A DNA stretch of 64,000 nt. Origin: Smithellaceae bacterium. GTDB lineage: Bacteria; Desulfobacterota; Syntrophia; Syntrophales; Smithellaceae. Location: positions 352,001 to 416,000 of the forward strand of contig CAXXVL010000001.1 in NCBI GenBank assembly GCA_963667845.2, written 5' to 3'. The translations under genes were made by a program, and so were the position numbers. The notes under the pieces were generated by a model. The model had not been told where the DNA came from. It did not search any database and worked only from the letters and a program-made list of their open reading frames with translations. Each line of letters opens with the position of its first letter. Position 1 is the stretch's first letter. This document shows positions 38,218 to 47,920 of the stretch, in pieces.

Positions 38218-39744
38218 CTACTTGTATTTTTCCCGCAAGGTGTTTTTCAGAACCTTGCCCATGGCATTGCGCGGCAACGCATCAACAAATATCACCCCGG
38301 CCGGAACCTTGAATTTTGCCAGACATCCTTTTAAATGAGTGATAATTTGTTCTTCAGTTAATTGCTTGCCGGGTTTGACGGTGACAACGGCTTTGCCTAC
38401 CTCACCCCATTTCTGATCGGGAACACCAATCACGGCCGCCTCACCAATTTCAGGAATTTCATAGATAGCGTTTTCTACTTCGGCCGGATAAACATTTTCC
38501 CCGCCGGATATGTACATGTCCTTGGAACGATCGACAATGTAAAGGTAGGCATCTTCATCAATACGTGCCAGATCTCCTGAATGAAACCAGCCGCCGCGGA
38601 AAGCTTCGGATGTCGCTTCCGGGCGGTTCCAGTAGCCGGTCATCACATTGGGACCGCGCATGATCAGCTCACCGATTTCCCCCGGTTGCACATCATTCAT
38701 ATCTTCATCCACCACTCTCGTTTCCAAATGCATTAACCGCCGGCCGATAGAACCGGCCTTTTTAAGGTACATATCTTTATCTAAAATGGCGATACTCGGC
38801 GCAGCTTCACTCATTCCGAAACCCTGAAGCAGGCGCAAACCATTTTCTTCGTATAATTTAATCAAGCTCACCGGCAGGGGCGCTCCCCCGCTCATCACAA
38901 CACGGACATCTTTCATGCACTGAAAATCGGGCTGGTTGGCAAGGAAAAGAAAGATCGCCGGCACACCAAAGAAAATGGATACTCTTTCTTTTTTGATTTT
39001 ATCGAGCGCTTTTGCCGGATCAAACGTCCGCAAGAGGAGAACGGTGCCGCCCATATAGAAAACGGCGAGGGTAAACAGGCCGATACCGCCGATATGAAAC
39101 ATGGGCAAAACATTTAAATCGCGGTCGTCGGCAGTAATACTCAGAGCAGCTATGCAATTGACGGCATTCCAGAAACTCGCCCCTTGCGTCAGCACTGCGC
39201 CTTTAGGTTTACCCGTCGTTCCGGCCGTATACATGATGATATGCGGCGTATCCAGTGTGACAGGCGTTGAAGGCGTCGGCTCGGTCACAGGTCTGCCCGT
39301 TATGAAATTATCATACGTCAGCGACCCTTTTAATGCGGATTCCCCGTAGAGCGAAATTAAATTCTTTAATCCGGCTTTGGTCGCAAGCTCCCGGGCTGTT
39401 GTTGCAAATGAAGCGTCGTAAAATAATGTTTGCGCGCCGCTGTCAGACACGATGAAGGTAAGCTCCACGGGAGTCAGGCGCCAGTTTAAAGGCACAAGCA
39501 TAAGACCGAGTTTGGCCGCCGCCATAATGACTTCAGCAAATTCATTGCAATTGTAAGAGAGTATCGCTACGCGATCACCATATTGAATTCCCCTCGACTG
39601 CATAGCACCCGCCAGCTGATTTACACGGTGATTCAATTCTTTGTAACTGAGTCTTTTCTCGTCCGATACCAGAGCTTCTTTATCCGGTGTTTCTATCTCC
39701 CGGTATTTCAGCCATGATCCGATGCCTTCCGGCTGCATTGGCAT
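38218..39744 (-). CDS. AMP-forming acyl-CoA ligase (MenE/FadD13-like)
   Basis: MYTAGTTGKPKG, GFGMSE, HSGD, DRSKDMYISGGENVYP, NAMGKVLK. Confidence 0.92.
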   Translation of the reverse strand: MPMQPEGIGSWLKYREIETPDKEALVSDEKRLSYKELNHRVNQLAGAMQSRGIQYGDRVAILSYNCNEFAEVIMAAAKLGLMLVPLNWRLTPVELTFIVSDSGAQTLFYDASFATTARELATKAGLKNLISLYGESALKGSLTYDNFITGRPVTEPTPSTPVTLDTPHIIMYTAGTTGKPKGAVLTQGASFWNAVNCIAALSITADDRDLNVLPMFHIGGIGLFTLAVFYMGGTVLLLRTFDPAKALDKIKKERVSIFFGVPAIFLFLANQPDFQCMKDVRVVMSGGAPLPVSLIKLYEENGLRLLQGFGMSEAAPSIAILDKDMYLKKAGSIGRRLMHLETRVVDEDMNDVQPGEIGELIMRGPNVMTGYWNRPEATSEAFRGGWFHSGDLARIDEDAYLYIVDRSKDMYISGGENVYPAEVENAIYEIPEIGEAAVIGVPDQKWGEVGKAVVTVKPGKQLTEEQIITHLKGCLAKFKVPAGVIFVDALPRNAMGKVLKNTLREKYK

Positions 39745-39759
39745 ATCCGCCCTCCTTGT

Positions 39760-40332
39760 CTAAACAAAAAGTTTTTTCATGACACCCGACATGTTTTTCC
39801 CGAATGCCTTGATCGTCTGGATGCCTATTTCATCTTTTTCGGGATCCCTTGCCCCGCGGGTGCCGGCGACACAAACATTCCAGTAGATGGAACCCGGGAC
39901 GGTCATCCCGTTAAAGAAATACCACATCAGCATCTGCGAAAGAGCCATGTTCTGACCGGCACGCTGGGCGACGGTAATGGGACCACCTACTTTGCCCATC
40001 AACATTTTCCCGCCCCAGTGCGCGACGAACGCCGAACGGTGGAGGACGGACATCAGCGGCGCCGTGATGGAACTTACATAGACGGGAGTACTGAGCACGA
40101 TGCCCTCCGCCGTCAGCATTTTATCGAATATTTCACCGAAGTCATCCTTGATGGTGCATTGACGGACTTCGCGACAATCATAACAAGCCGAGCATGGTTC
40201 TATTTTCCTGTTGCGTAAAGCAATCAGTTCCGTTTCGATGCCCGCCCCGGCTATTTCCGCGAGCGCGCATTCCAGATAGTAAAGAGAATTGCTGTTTTCT
40301 CTTGGACTGCCCGCGATTCCAATAACCTTCAT
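39760..40332 (-). CDS. Iron-sulfur flavoprotein / NADPH-dependent FMN reductase family
   Basis: GSPRENSNS, CSACYDCREVRQC (CX2CX2CX5C), STPVY. Confidence 0.88.
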   Translation of the reverse strand: MKVIGIAGSPRENSNSLYYLECALAEIAGAGIETELIALRNRKIEPCSACYDCREVRQCTIKDDFGEIFDKMLTAEGIVLSTPVYVSSITAPLMSVLHRSAFVAHWGGKMLMGKVGGPITVAQRAGQNMALSQMLMWYFFNGMTVPGSIYWNVCVAGTRGARDPEKDEIGIQTIKAFGKNMSGVMKKLFV

Positions 40333-40346
40333 AGAAAGCCCCCTCT

Positions 40347-41186
40347 TTATTTATACACCCAGTCCGGCAACGTCGCGGTCGTCTTTAAAATTCCCTCTTT
40401 AATCTGCTTGCACATCAATTTGACGAAAAAATCTTCTTTCAGGCATTTTCTAAATTCATTATTTTCTATCTTCAGGCCGTAAGCGAGCGATCCTTTTTGT
40501 GAGGCATGCACGGCCTTTTTCGCAAGACTAAGCGCGTATTGCGGATTGCGGAATACCCGGTCCCTTAAAAATATTTCTGCATCGGCGAGCAATGTTTCCG
40601 CTGCAACCACCTGATGAACCAGCCCTTGCTGCAGTGCCTCTTCTCCTTTATAGATGCGCCCTGTGAGGATCATTTCCATTGCCTTGCCGATGCCGATGAG
40701 CCTTGGCAATCGCTGCGTACCGCCGCCGCCCGGAATGAGGCCCACTTTGACTTCCGGCAGGCCTATTCCTGCTTTCGTGCCGGCAATACGCAGATCGCAG
40801 GCAAGCGCAAATTCAAAACCGCCGCCGAAGCAAAGACCGTTGATGGCCGCCACTGTAATCAAAGGGCTTTCTTCTATTTCATTTAAAAGCTTTTGCAGCT
40901 TGGCGGAAAATGCACCGACTTCTTTGGGCGTGCATTGCATCATGACAATCCCATCGGCGCCGCCGATGAAATACTCTTCCCCGCTGCCGGTAAAGACGAC
41001 TGCGCGGGTTGATGAGCTGTTCAGCGCCTTCATGACGGCTGATATTTCGTCAATCGTCCGGGAATCAAGAGAATTGCGGTCACCGGGACGGTGAAAACTG
41101 ACAAAGCAAATGTCCCCCTTATTTTCGACCAGCAGATTATTGGCCTTGAAAAGAACTTTCTTCTTTGCAACCGGAGTTTTCTTCAT
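40347..41186 (-). CDS. Enoyl-CoA hydratase/isomerase
   Basis: FIGGAD, AAINGLCFGGGFEFALACD, LPEVKVGLIPGGGGTQRL. Confidence 0.92.
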   Translation of the reverse strand: MKKTPVAKKKVLFKANNLLVENKGDICFVSFHRPGDRNSLDSRTIDEISAVMKALNSSSTRAVVFTGSGEEYFIGGADGIVMMQCTPKEVGAFSAKLQKLLNEIEESPLITVAAINGLCFGGGFEFALACDLRIAGTKAGIGLPEVKVGLIPGGGGTQRLPRLIGIGKAMEMILTGRIYKGEEALQQGLVHQVVAAETLLADAEIFLRDRVFRNPQYALSLAKKAVHASQKGSLAYGLKIENNEFRKCLKEDFFVKLMCKQIKEGILKTTATLPDWVYK

Positions 41187-41229
41187 TTCGTTCTCCTTTT
41201 ACTTTCGTCGGCCGTCATTTCGCGGAACA

Positions 41230-42102
41230 TCAGGACTGTAAAAAATTCATCACCGCGTTGTTGAACAATTCGGGATCCTGAATATGCAATGCATGGCCGC
41301 ATCCCTCAAACGGTATGACCCTGGCATAGGGTAGCTGCTTTTTCATGTATTCATAATTTTCGGGGGGATAATAATTGCTTTCCGTGCCGTAGGTCAGAAG
41401 ACAGGGCACATCAATATTTTTCAGCAAAGGCCTGTAATCCTGCATGGCCATGGCAACCCAATACGCAGCGATGACACAGGCCTTGTTCTTTTTAGCCTCC
41501 TCATAAAGCCAGGGAAGGTCCTCTTTCCCTTTGAAGTCCGCGGCGGCGTTGAATTCCATCTTTTCATTGTATAATGATTTGTTTAAAATCCGCTGGGCGA
41601 CAACCTTGCCGTAAGCGTCCCAGTCATTGAGCATAACCGACAGCATATAAAGATTATCTTCGTGCCCGAAGTCGCCCTGCTTTCTGCTGAATATTCCGGG
41701 CAGGCCGAAACTCCAGTCGGCTGACTTCAGCGCTTTTGGCGTCATGTCAATGACAACAATCTTTTCTATTTTTTGACAGGAATAATTTTTGATGTATTCA
41801 AAAATCACATGCGTGCCCATCGACCAGCCGATAAGAGACGCTTTTGATATATCCAGCTCCTCCAATAGCTGTTTCAAATCTGTGGCCAGACGCGTAAGCG
41901 TCAGATGATCATGAGATGCCTCCGACTCCCCATGTCCGCGCAGATCCGGGGTAATAACTTTAAAATGTTTGGAGAGAACCGGAATCTGCTTTTTAAAATG
42001 CACGGAGCTTGCCGTCAGTCCGTGTATCAGAACAACCGCCTTGCCCTCTCCGCTGATCCTATAGTGTAGATGGACGCCGTCATCTGCTGTAAAAAAGGGC
42101 AT
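41230..42102 (-). CDS. Alpha/beta hydrolase (non-heme chloroperoxidase/esterase-like)
   Basis: AAGGAGG RBS before ATG 42102; LIHG, DLRGHGES, GWSMG nucleophile elbow, GCGH. Confidence 0.9.
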   Translation of the reverse strand: MPFFTADDGVHLHYRISGEGKAVVLIHGLTASSVHFKKQIPVLSKHFKVITPDLRGHGESEASHDHLTLTRLATDLKQLLEELDISKASLIGWSMGTHVIFEYIKNYSCQKIEKIVVIDMTPKALKSADWSFGLPGIFSRKQGDFGHEDNLYMLSVMLNDWDAYGKVVAQRILNKSLYNEKMEFNAAADFKGKEDLPWLYEEAKKNKACVIAAYWVAMAMQDYRPLLKNIDVPCLLTYGTESNYYPPENYEYMKKQLPYARVIPFEGCGHALHIQDPELFNNAVMNFLQS

Positions 42103-42206
42103 AAGAGGAACCTCCTTTTCAGATCTGATCAATGTCCGTTAAGGCCCACCGTAATATTTACTATATTTTGCCGGTTGATCTGACGCGTCTTTGAAAATTA
42201 CGTTAC

Positions 42207-42254
42207 ATGAATCATCTGTCAGAAATATTAGCAAAAACATTTTACACATGTCAA
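42207..42254 (-). promoter_or_regulatory. Sigma70-type promoter with adjacent candidate TetR operator
   Basis: Minus strand TTGACA (42254-42249)-18 nt-TAATAT (42230-42225) with extended TG; box ATGAATCATCTGTCAG at 42207-42222. Confidence 0.65.
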
Positions 42255-42271
42255 GAATATTTTACTTATCT

Positions 42272-43546
42272 TCAGGCTTTTAAACCATAAAGAATAAAAT
42301 CAATATTATTTTCAATAGCCTGTCGAGACAAATCTGTATTGGGGTTAGCCGCCCAAATAATCCATTTTACGGCAATGAAGTGCGTAATGCCCATCAGGGA
42401 ATGGGCTAGAAAGACCGGCGGATACTGACGAATTTCGCCCTTCTTCATGGCCTCGGCCAGACCATTGATATACCCTTCGGCAGTTTTTTTGTAGTACCAG
42501 AGAGCAACTTCTTTATCAATCATTTCAAACTCGGGAACAATGCGATAAACTTCCCGGTGACGCAAAACAAAGTTGAAACAAACGATAACACCGGCGCGTT
42601 CGGCATCACGGCGGTCCGATATATTGGCAGTAACACGCTGGATTTCGCAACGCATGTTCCTGTTGATATACTTCACGTATCCCTCAACCAATTCCGCTTT
42701 GCTGGCAAAATGGACATAAAAAGTACCTAAGGCAACGCCGGCTTCACGGGTTATTTCAGATATACTTGCCCGGTTGATTCCATGTTGACCAAATACTTTC
42801 TCCGCTGCCAGTAATATCGCCTGACGCGTTTTTTCACCTTTCGTCATCGGGTCTGCCATTTCTTCGCGCAAAGGCAATGCGTCGGGCAGGGAAAGCATGT
42901 CCCAATTGGCCTGCCGCTTCCACTTAGCGGGGCCATTAATGCCGCTCATAACCAATTCGGCCATGAGATCAACCGTCTGTTCTTCACTTAAATCTTCCTT
43001 CGGGTCCCCCCATTTAAAGGAATTAAAATAACACATTCCAATCAAACCATAGGCAACAATATTAGGATCCAAAGGTCGGATCATCCCGGCAAGAATTTCC
43101 TTGCGCAAAAAATTGCGCAGAAAGCGCGCTATCGCTTCATAATAAGCCAGAGTCACGCGATCCACTAATTCGGACTCGCCCAAAATACGATGGAACGCCA
43201 GGTTATTTTTTGTATGGTCGTAAAGTAAAGCAATAATCATCTTCAGGCGGTGAGCAAAATCGGGTTCTCCCAAAGAAAGAGATTCCGCCTTATTCGTAAA
43301 ACGTTCAATAATGAGGTCAGCGAGCTCTTGAAAGACCTGTTCCTTGTTCTTAAAATATTGATAAAACGATGCTAAAGAAACACCGGCGCGCCTTGTTATT
43401 TCTGAAATGGAGGAAGCATAGTATCCGGTATCACGAAATACTTCGTGGGCGGAATCCAGGATAGATGCTCGGGTCGCTGTTCCCTTTTTAGTCAGCATCC
43501 GGCCTGCATTATCATTTTTTTTCCGAACCATAACAATATATCCCAT
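42272..43546 (-). CDS. Tandem (double) TetR/AcrR family regulator; the start may be 43531
   Basis: Two TetR HTH units: SISEITRRAGVSLASFYQYFKNKE and SISEITREAGVALGTFYVHFASKAE. Confidence 0.92.
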   Translation of the reverse strand: MGYIVMVRKKNDNAGRMLTKKGTATRASILDSAHEVFRDTGYYASSISEITRRAGVSLASFYQYFKNKEQVFQELADLIIERFTNKAESLSLGEPDFAHRLKMIIALLYDHTKNNLAFHRILGESELVDRVTLAYYEAIARFLRNFLRKEILAGMIRPLDPNIVAYGLIGMCYFNSFKWGDPKEDLSEEQTVDLMAELVMSGINGPAKWKRQANWDMLSLPDALPLREEMADPMTKGEKTRQAILLAAEKVFGQHGINRASISEITREAGVALGTFYVHFASKAELVEGYVKYINRNMRCEIQRVTANISDRRDAERAGVIVCFNFVLRHREVYRIVPEFEMIDKEVALWYYKKTAEGYINGLAEAMKKGEIRQYPPVFLAHSLMGITHFIAVKWIIWAANPNTDLSRQAIENNIDFILYGLKA

Positions 43547-43548
43547 TT

Positions 43549-43593
43549 ATGAATCACATGTTAGTTTTTATCATTGGAGATTAAAATAAGCAA
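43549..43593 (-). promoter_or_regulatory. Promoter of the TetR gene with candidate autoregulatory operator
   Basis: Minus strand TTGCTT-17 nt-TAAAAA with extended TG; box ATGAATCACATGTTAG (43549-43564), 13/16 identical to the 42207 box. Confidence 0.6.
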
Positions 43594-43810
43594 TTATCTT
43601 TTTAGACTGATGCTGCTTATTGCTTTTTTTATCCCGGGCAACGTCACCTTAGATACCTCTGGAGATGGTGGCTGCCTGATCATGCTGTACACCACGTGCA
43701 CGCGACACTAAGCGACCAGGGAGCCCCTGAAATTGCAGGTTTCTTCACAACAGCTTTCGCTTGCTTTCAATAGCCAGGCGTCGATCCCGCAGCCTGGATG
43801 TCTCGGGATT

Positions 43811-43846
43811 AGAAAAAAGCCGGAAGGCAGCTTCCGGCTTTTCTTT
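43811..43846 (-). terminator. Rho-independent terminator of htpG
   Basis: AAAAAAGCCGGAAG-gcag-CTTCCGGCTTTT, with T-runs on both strands. Confidence 0.8.
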
Positions 43847-43877
43847 GATCATTCAGTTCATAATCACGGGGTCGCCA

Positions 43878-45773
43878 TTACACGAGAGAGCCGATCATCC
43901 TGTTGAATCGGGCCGGGTCATCGAGCTTCCCGCCCTCGGAGACAACCGCCAGATCGTAAAGAAACAGCGCGTAGTCCTTTAGCGCTTCGTCTTCCTTATT
44001 CGCCTCGAAGAGGCCCTTGACCTTCGCCAAGAGCGGATGGTCCATATTCAGCTCCAGGACCCGCTTGCTTTGCGGCACGTCCTGGCCGCCGGCCTTGAGG
44101 ATCTTCTCCATGTAGGCGCTCATGTCGTAGGCATCGCCCGAAAGGCACGCCGCGGAATTTTTCAGATGCGTGGAGAGTTTGACGTCCTTCACCTTTTCGC
44201 TGAGGCTCGACTTGAGAAATTCAAAGAGGCTTCCGTAGTCTTCCTTTTTCTTGTCGTCCGCTTTGCCCAGATCAAGGTCACCTTTTTCCGCGCTCTGGAA
44301 AGTCTTTTTCTCGTATTCATGGAGATCGCGGATGACCCACTCGTCGATCGGGTCGGTCATCAGGAGTACTTCGATGTCTTTCTCTTTCAGCGCTTCGAGA
44401 TGCGGGCTGTTGACGAGCGCGGTCAGGCTGTCGCCGGTGATGTAATAAATGTCCTTCTGGTCCGGCTGCATCCGCTCGACATAGTCTTTCAGAGAAACCC
44501 ATTTGCCGTCGGACCTGGTTGTCTTGTAGCGCAGGAGATCGGCGATCTTCTCGCGGTTTTCAAAATCCTGGGAGATGCCCGCCTTGAAGATATACGCAAA
44601 CTGCGTGTAGAAGGTCTCGAATTTTTCCGGGCTAAGTGAGGCGATGAGTTCCAACACCTTCTTGACGAGGTTCTTTTTGATGTTCCGGACCAGGGCATCC
44701 TGCTGGAGGATCTCGCGGCTGACGTTGAGATTGAGATCCGGCGCATCGACCACGCCCTTCACGAAGGCGAGGTACTGGGGCATCAACTCCTTGCAGTTTT
44801 CCATAATGAAGACCCGCTTGGAATAAAGCTGTATCCCGTGCTTCTGCTCATGGGTGAAGAGGTCGAAGGGCGCCTTCCCGGGGATGTACAGAAGCGCGCT
44901 GTATTCCGTCGTCCCTTCGAGCTTCAGATGGATGTGGGCCAAAGGCGGGTTCCAGTCGTGGCTCACGTGCTGGTAGAATTCGTTATGCTCCTCTTCGGTC
45001 ACCTCGTTCTTGTCCTTCGTCCAGATGGCTTTCATGGAGTTGAGGGTCTCTTCGACGATGACTTTCCGGGTCTTGTCCTTTTCCGGCTTGCCTTCCGCAT
45101 CCAGCACCGGCTCTGTTTTTTCCACGTCCATAACGATGGGATACCCCACAAAGTCGGAGTGACGCTTGATGATGCTGCGGACGGTCCACTCGTCGGTGAA
45201 GTCCTGCTCGTCGGCTTCCGTCTTCTTCAACTGCAGGGTGACGGTCGTTCCCCGGGTTTCCTTGCCGAACTCCTCGATGGTATAGGAGCCGGTCCCGGCG
45301 GATTCCCACCGGCATCCCTTTTCAGTGCCCGCGGCCCGCGTGGTCAGCGTGACTTTGTCGGCGACGATAAAGGCGCTGTAGAAGCCGACGCCAAACTGGC
45401 CGATCAGCTCCGGCGTGACCGCCCCCTGGTTCTTCGCGTCGCCCACGGCCTCCAGAAAACCGGCCGTCCCGCTCTTGGCGATGGTCCCGATGTTCTCGAT
45501 GACCTCGTCGTAGGTCATGCCGATGCCGTTGTCCGATATTTCGAGGGTGTTCTGCTCCTTGTTGCGGACGATCCTGATTTTCAGCTCCGTGTCCGTGCCC
45601 ATGATGTGGGAATCCGTCAGCGCCTTGAACCGCAGTTTGTCGAGGGCATCCGACGCGTTGGAAATCAGTTCCCGCAAAAAGATCTCCCGGTGCGAGTAAA
45701 GAGAGTTGATAATTATGTTCATAAGCTGCTGGACTTCGGTTTTAAACTGACGGGTCCGCTTCTTTGTTTCCAT
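43878..45773 (-). CDS. htpG: Molecular chaperone HtpG (Hsp90)
   Basis: [49 protein letters not shown]. Confidence 0.97.
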   Translation of the reverse strand: METKKRTRQFKTEVQQLMNIIINSLYSHREIFLRELISNASDALDKLRFKALTDSHIMGTDTELKIRIVRNKEQNTLEISDNGIGMTYDEVIENIGTIAKSGTAGFLEAVGDAKNQGAVTPELIGQFGVGFYSAFIVADKVTLTTRAAGTEKGCRWESAGTGSYTIEEFGKETRGTTVTLQLKKTEADEQDFTDEWTVRSIIKRHSDFVGYPIVMDVEKTEPVLDAEGKPEKDKTRKVIVEETLNSMKAIWTKDKNEVTEEEHNEFYQHVSHDWNPPLAHIHLKLEGTTEYSALLYIPGKAPFDLFTHEQKHGIQLYSKRVFIMENCKELMPQYLAFVKGVVDAPDLNLNVSREILQQDALVRNIKKNLVKKVLELIASLSPEKFETFYTQFAYIFKAGISQDFENREKIADLLRYKTTRSDGKWVSLKDYVERMQPDQKDIYYITGDSLTALVNSPHLEALKEKDIEVLLMTDPIDEWVIRDLHEYEKKTFQSAEKGDLDLGKADDKKKEDYGSLFEFLKSSLSEKVKDVKLSTHLKNSAACLSGDAYDMSAYMEKILKAGGQDVPQSKRVLELNMDHPLLAKVKGLFEANKEDEALKDYALFLYDLAVVSEGGKLDDPARFNRMIGSLV

Positions 45774-45842
45774 AGGGCCTCCTGATCTGTATGATTGAAT
45801 TTTATTTGTTATATACGGTTTTATGTCCGGTTACTGCGGCAC

Positions 45843-45873
45843 TATATATGGCTATCATTTTTCGGTTGTCAAG
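45843..45873 (-). promoter_or_regulatory. Heat-shock (sigma32-like) promoter of htpG
   Basis: Minus strand CTTGACAACCGAAAAATGATAGCCATATA resembles CTTGA-N17-CCATAT. Confidence 0.5.
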
Positions 45874-46356
45874 TGGGCTGCCCGGGGCGATGGCGGGGTA
45901 TGGCGTTTGTCGCCCGGCGGCTTTGGGATAATAGACCGGTAATTTACAATCTCAGCCATATCTTCCGGCTCGTCGGGGGCGCGCCCCGTGATCGGTTCAC
46001 AGATATCAAAAGAAAGCGGCGATTGCAGGCGGAGAGAAAAGAAATCGTGCCGGAAGCCTCATGCAGGATTGAATGAAGGCGGATTGATATATTAAAGCAG
46101 CCTCCTATTGAGTCCCTGCACAACCGGAGGCGGTGACATGTGATTGAAGTCATCGTTTTTTGGGAATTTCGGCTTTCCTTTTTCATTCAGAGAGTGTAAA
46201 CTTAAAACAAATTGCATTCTTGGCTCGAATATGAACCGCCCGTAGAATTCGCAGAATTATATTTAGAACCAAAAACTCCGGCCAACTGTTTAATCCTGAT
46301 TTGTCCGAGTGCGCCGGGCGGTAAAATGTGACAAATACTTCAATCGATGAATTGCC

Positions 46357-47661
46357 ATGGATTTAAAACAAAAATCAAAAGCAGAATTACTTGCTGAAGT
46401 GATAAAGCTTAGAAAACGAATCGGCAGGTTGGATAAAAAAATTCGCGAGAATGTCCAGCCGGAAAAAGCCTTCCAGAATCCCATGGAATTGACCCGTCTC
46501 ATGCTGGAATTCGCCAATGATGCCATCTACGTAACCCAGGATGTCTTTTTCAAATTCGTAAATTCAAAATTCACCAAAATTACCGGATATCTCCCGGAAG
46601 AAGCGGTGAAGATACCGGCGATTAACTTCATCCATCCCGAGGATCGGTCCGTCATCGAGGAGCGTTATCTGATGCGGATGCGGGGTGCAGAGGTGCCGAA
46701 TTTATATCCGCACAGGATCCTGTGCAAACAGGGCGACATGAAATGGATCGAAGTGAGCAGTGTTATGATCACCTGGGAGGGACGGCCCGCCCAGTTGAGT
46801 TTCATGCGGGACATCACGGAAAGAAAAACAGCCGAGAACGCTCTGAAACAATCCGAACAGCTCCGGGCCGATATCATTAACTTCCTTCCCGATCCTACCT
46901 TTGCGATCGACAAGCAGGGCCGCATCACGGCCTGGAATCATGCCATGGAAGAACTCACCGGCATCCCCTCCCAGGAAATGATCGGCAAGAGCAATTACGA
47001 ATATGGATTGGCCTTTTACGGCGAGCGCAAACCGATCTTAATCGACAAGGTCATTCATCCGTCGTCCGTGGTTTCCGAGAGATATCTCTCGTTCAACCGC
47101 GAGAAGGACTTTCTGATGGCGGAAGCAGAGATGACGCACCATGGTAAAACGGTTTCTTTCTGGTGCAAGGCCGGTTTGATGCGGGATAACTCCGGGAACG
47201 TTATCGGCGCCATTGAATCGCTGAGGGATATAACGGCTTTGAAAGATATGAACGCAGCTCTGGGCATCCTTCTCAAGAAGCGGGAAAACGACATCAAGGA
47301 AAGCGAAGAGAAATTCATGCTCAATATCAAGGAACTGGTCCTGCCCTATCTCCTCAAGCTCAAATCAGCCAAGCTGGACATGCCTCATAAGGTTAACATC
47401 GAGATTATCGAAAAGCATTTGGCCGAGATCATGTCGCCCTTTATATCGAAGCTTACTTCCCGATATTCGCAGTTTTCACCGCGCGAGACGCAGGTTGTAA
47501 GCCTTATCAGGAGCGGCATGACAACAAAGGAAATTGCCCGGGCTCTGAACATCTCAACCAACTCCGTCGATATCCACCGGCAGAACATTAGAAAGAAAAT
47601 GGGATTCAACAAAAAGAAAGTAAATATCAGGACTTTCCTCATCTCTCTGGAAAACGACTAA
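46357..47661 (+). CDS. PAS-PAS-LuxR HTH transcriptional regulator
   Basis: Two PAS units (FIHPEDR, RDITERK; PDPTFAIDKQGRITAWN, RDIT) and C-terminal FSPRETQV...TTKEIARALNIS...HRQNIRKKMG. Confidence 0.92.
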   Translation: MDLKQKSKAELLAEVIKLRKRIGRLDKKIRENVQPEKAFQNPMELTRLMLEFANDAIYVTQDVFFKFVNSKFTKITGYLPEEAVKIPAINFIHPEDRSVIEERYLMRMRGAEVPNLYPHRILCKQGDMKWIEVSSVMITWEGRPAQLSFMRDITERKTAENALKQSEQLRADIINFLPDPTFAIDKQGRITAWNHAMEELTGIPSQEMIGKSNYEYGLAFYGERKPILIDKVIHPSSVVSERYLSFNREKDFLMAEAEMTHHGKTVSFWCKAGLMRDNSGNVIGAIESLRDITALKDMNAALGILLKKRENDIKESEEKFMLNIKELVLPYLLKLKSAKLDMPHKVNIEIIEKHLAEIMSPFISKLTSRYSQFSPRETQVVSLIRSGMTTKEIARALNISTNSVDIHRQNIRKKMGFNKKKVNIRTFLISLEND

Positions 47662-47667
47662 CATACC

Positions 47668-47729
47668 TAGTCATTTACTCGTCATCCTTTAGTCATACCA
47701 TCCGCTGATTGACTGTGGTCTGCTATCTT
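47668..47729 (+). promoter_or_regulatory. Three phased heptamer direct repeats upstream of an extended -10
   Basis: TAGTCAT (47668), TCGTCAT (47679), TAGTCAT (47690) at exact 11-bp period; TGcTATCTT at 47721-47729. Confidence 0.55.
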
Positions 47730-47754
47730 AACAAATGCATGAAGAATGAAATTT

Positions 47755-47856
47755 ATGGTGATCGATAGAAGCAGGCGGCTTGTCAGACCGGAAACCGCAC
47801 TGGAAGACGTTGAGGCCCTGAAGGGCAAGCGGGTTAGTGTTTCAGCAGTAGCGTGA
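47755..47856 (+). pseudogene. 33-codon relic of an acyl-CoA synthetase N-terminus
   Basis: MVIDRSRRLVRPETALEDVEALKGKRVSVSAVA* aligns with MIDKSKRITRPAVSLEDLELLKGKQIEFDSVA of the 30234 gene. Confidence 0.75.
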
Positions 47857-47920
47857 ATGGATGCTTTAGATTTACCCGGACCGTGGGTTCGGTAATTTGC
47901 AAGAGAAGAGAGGAGGTTAT

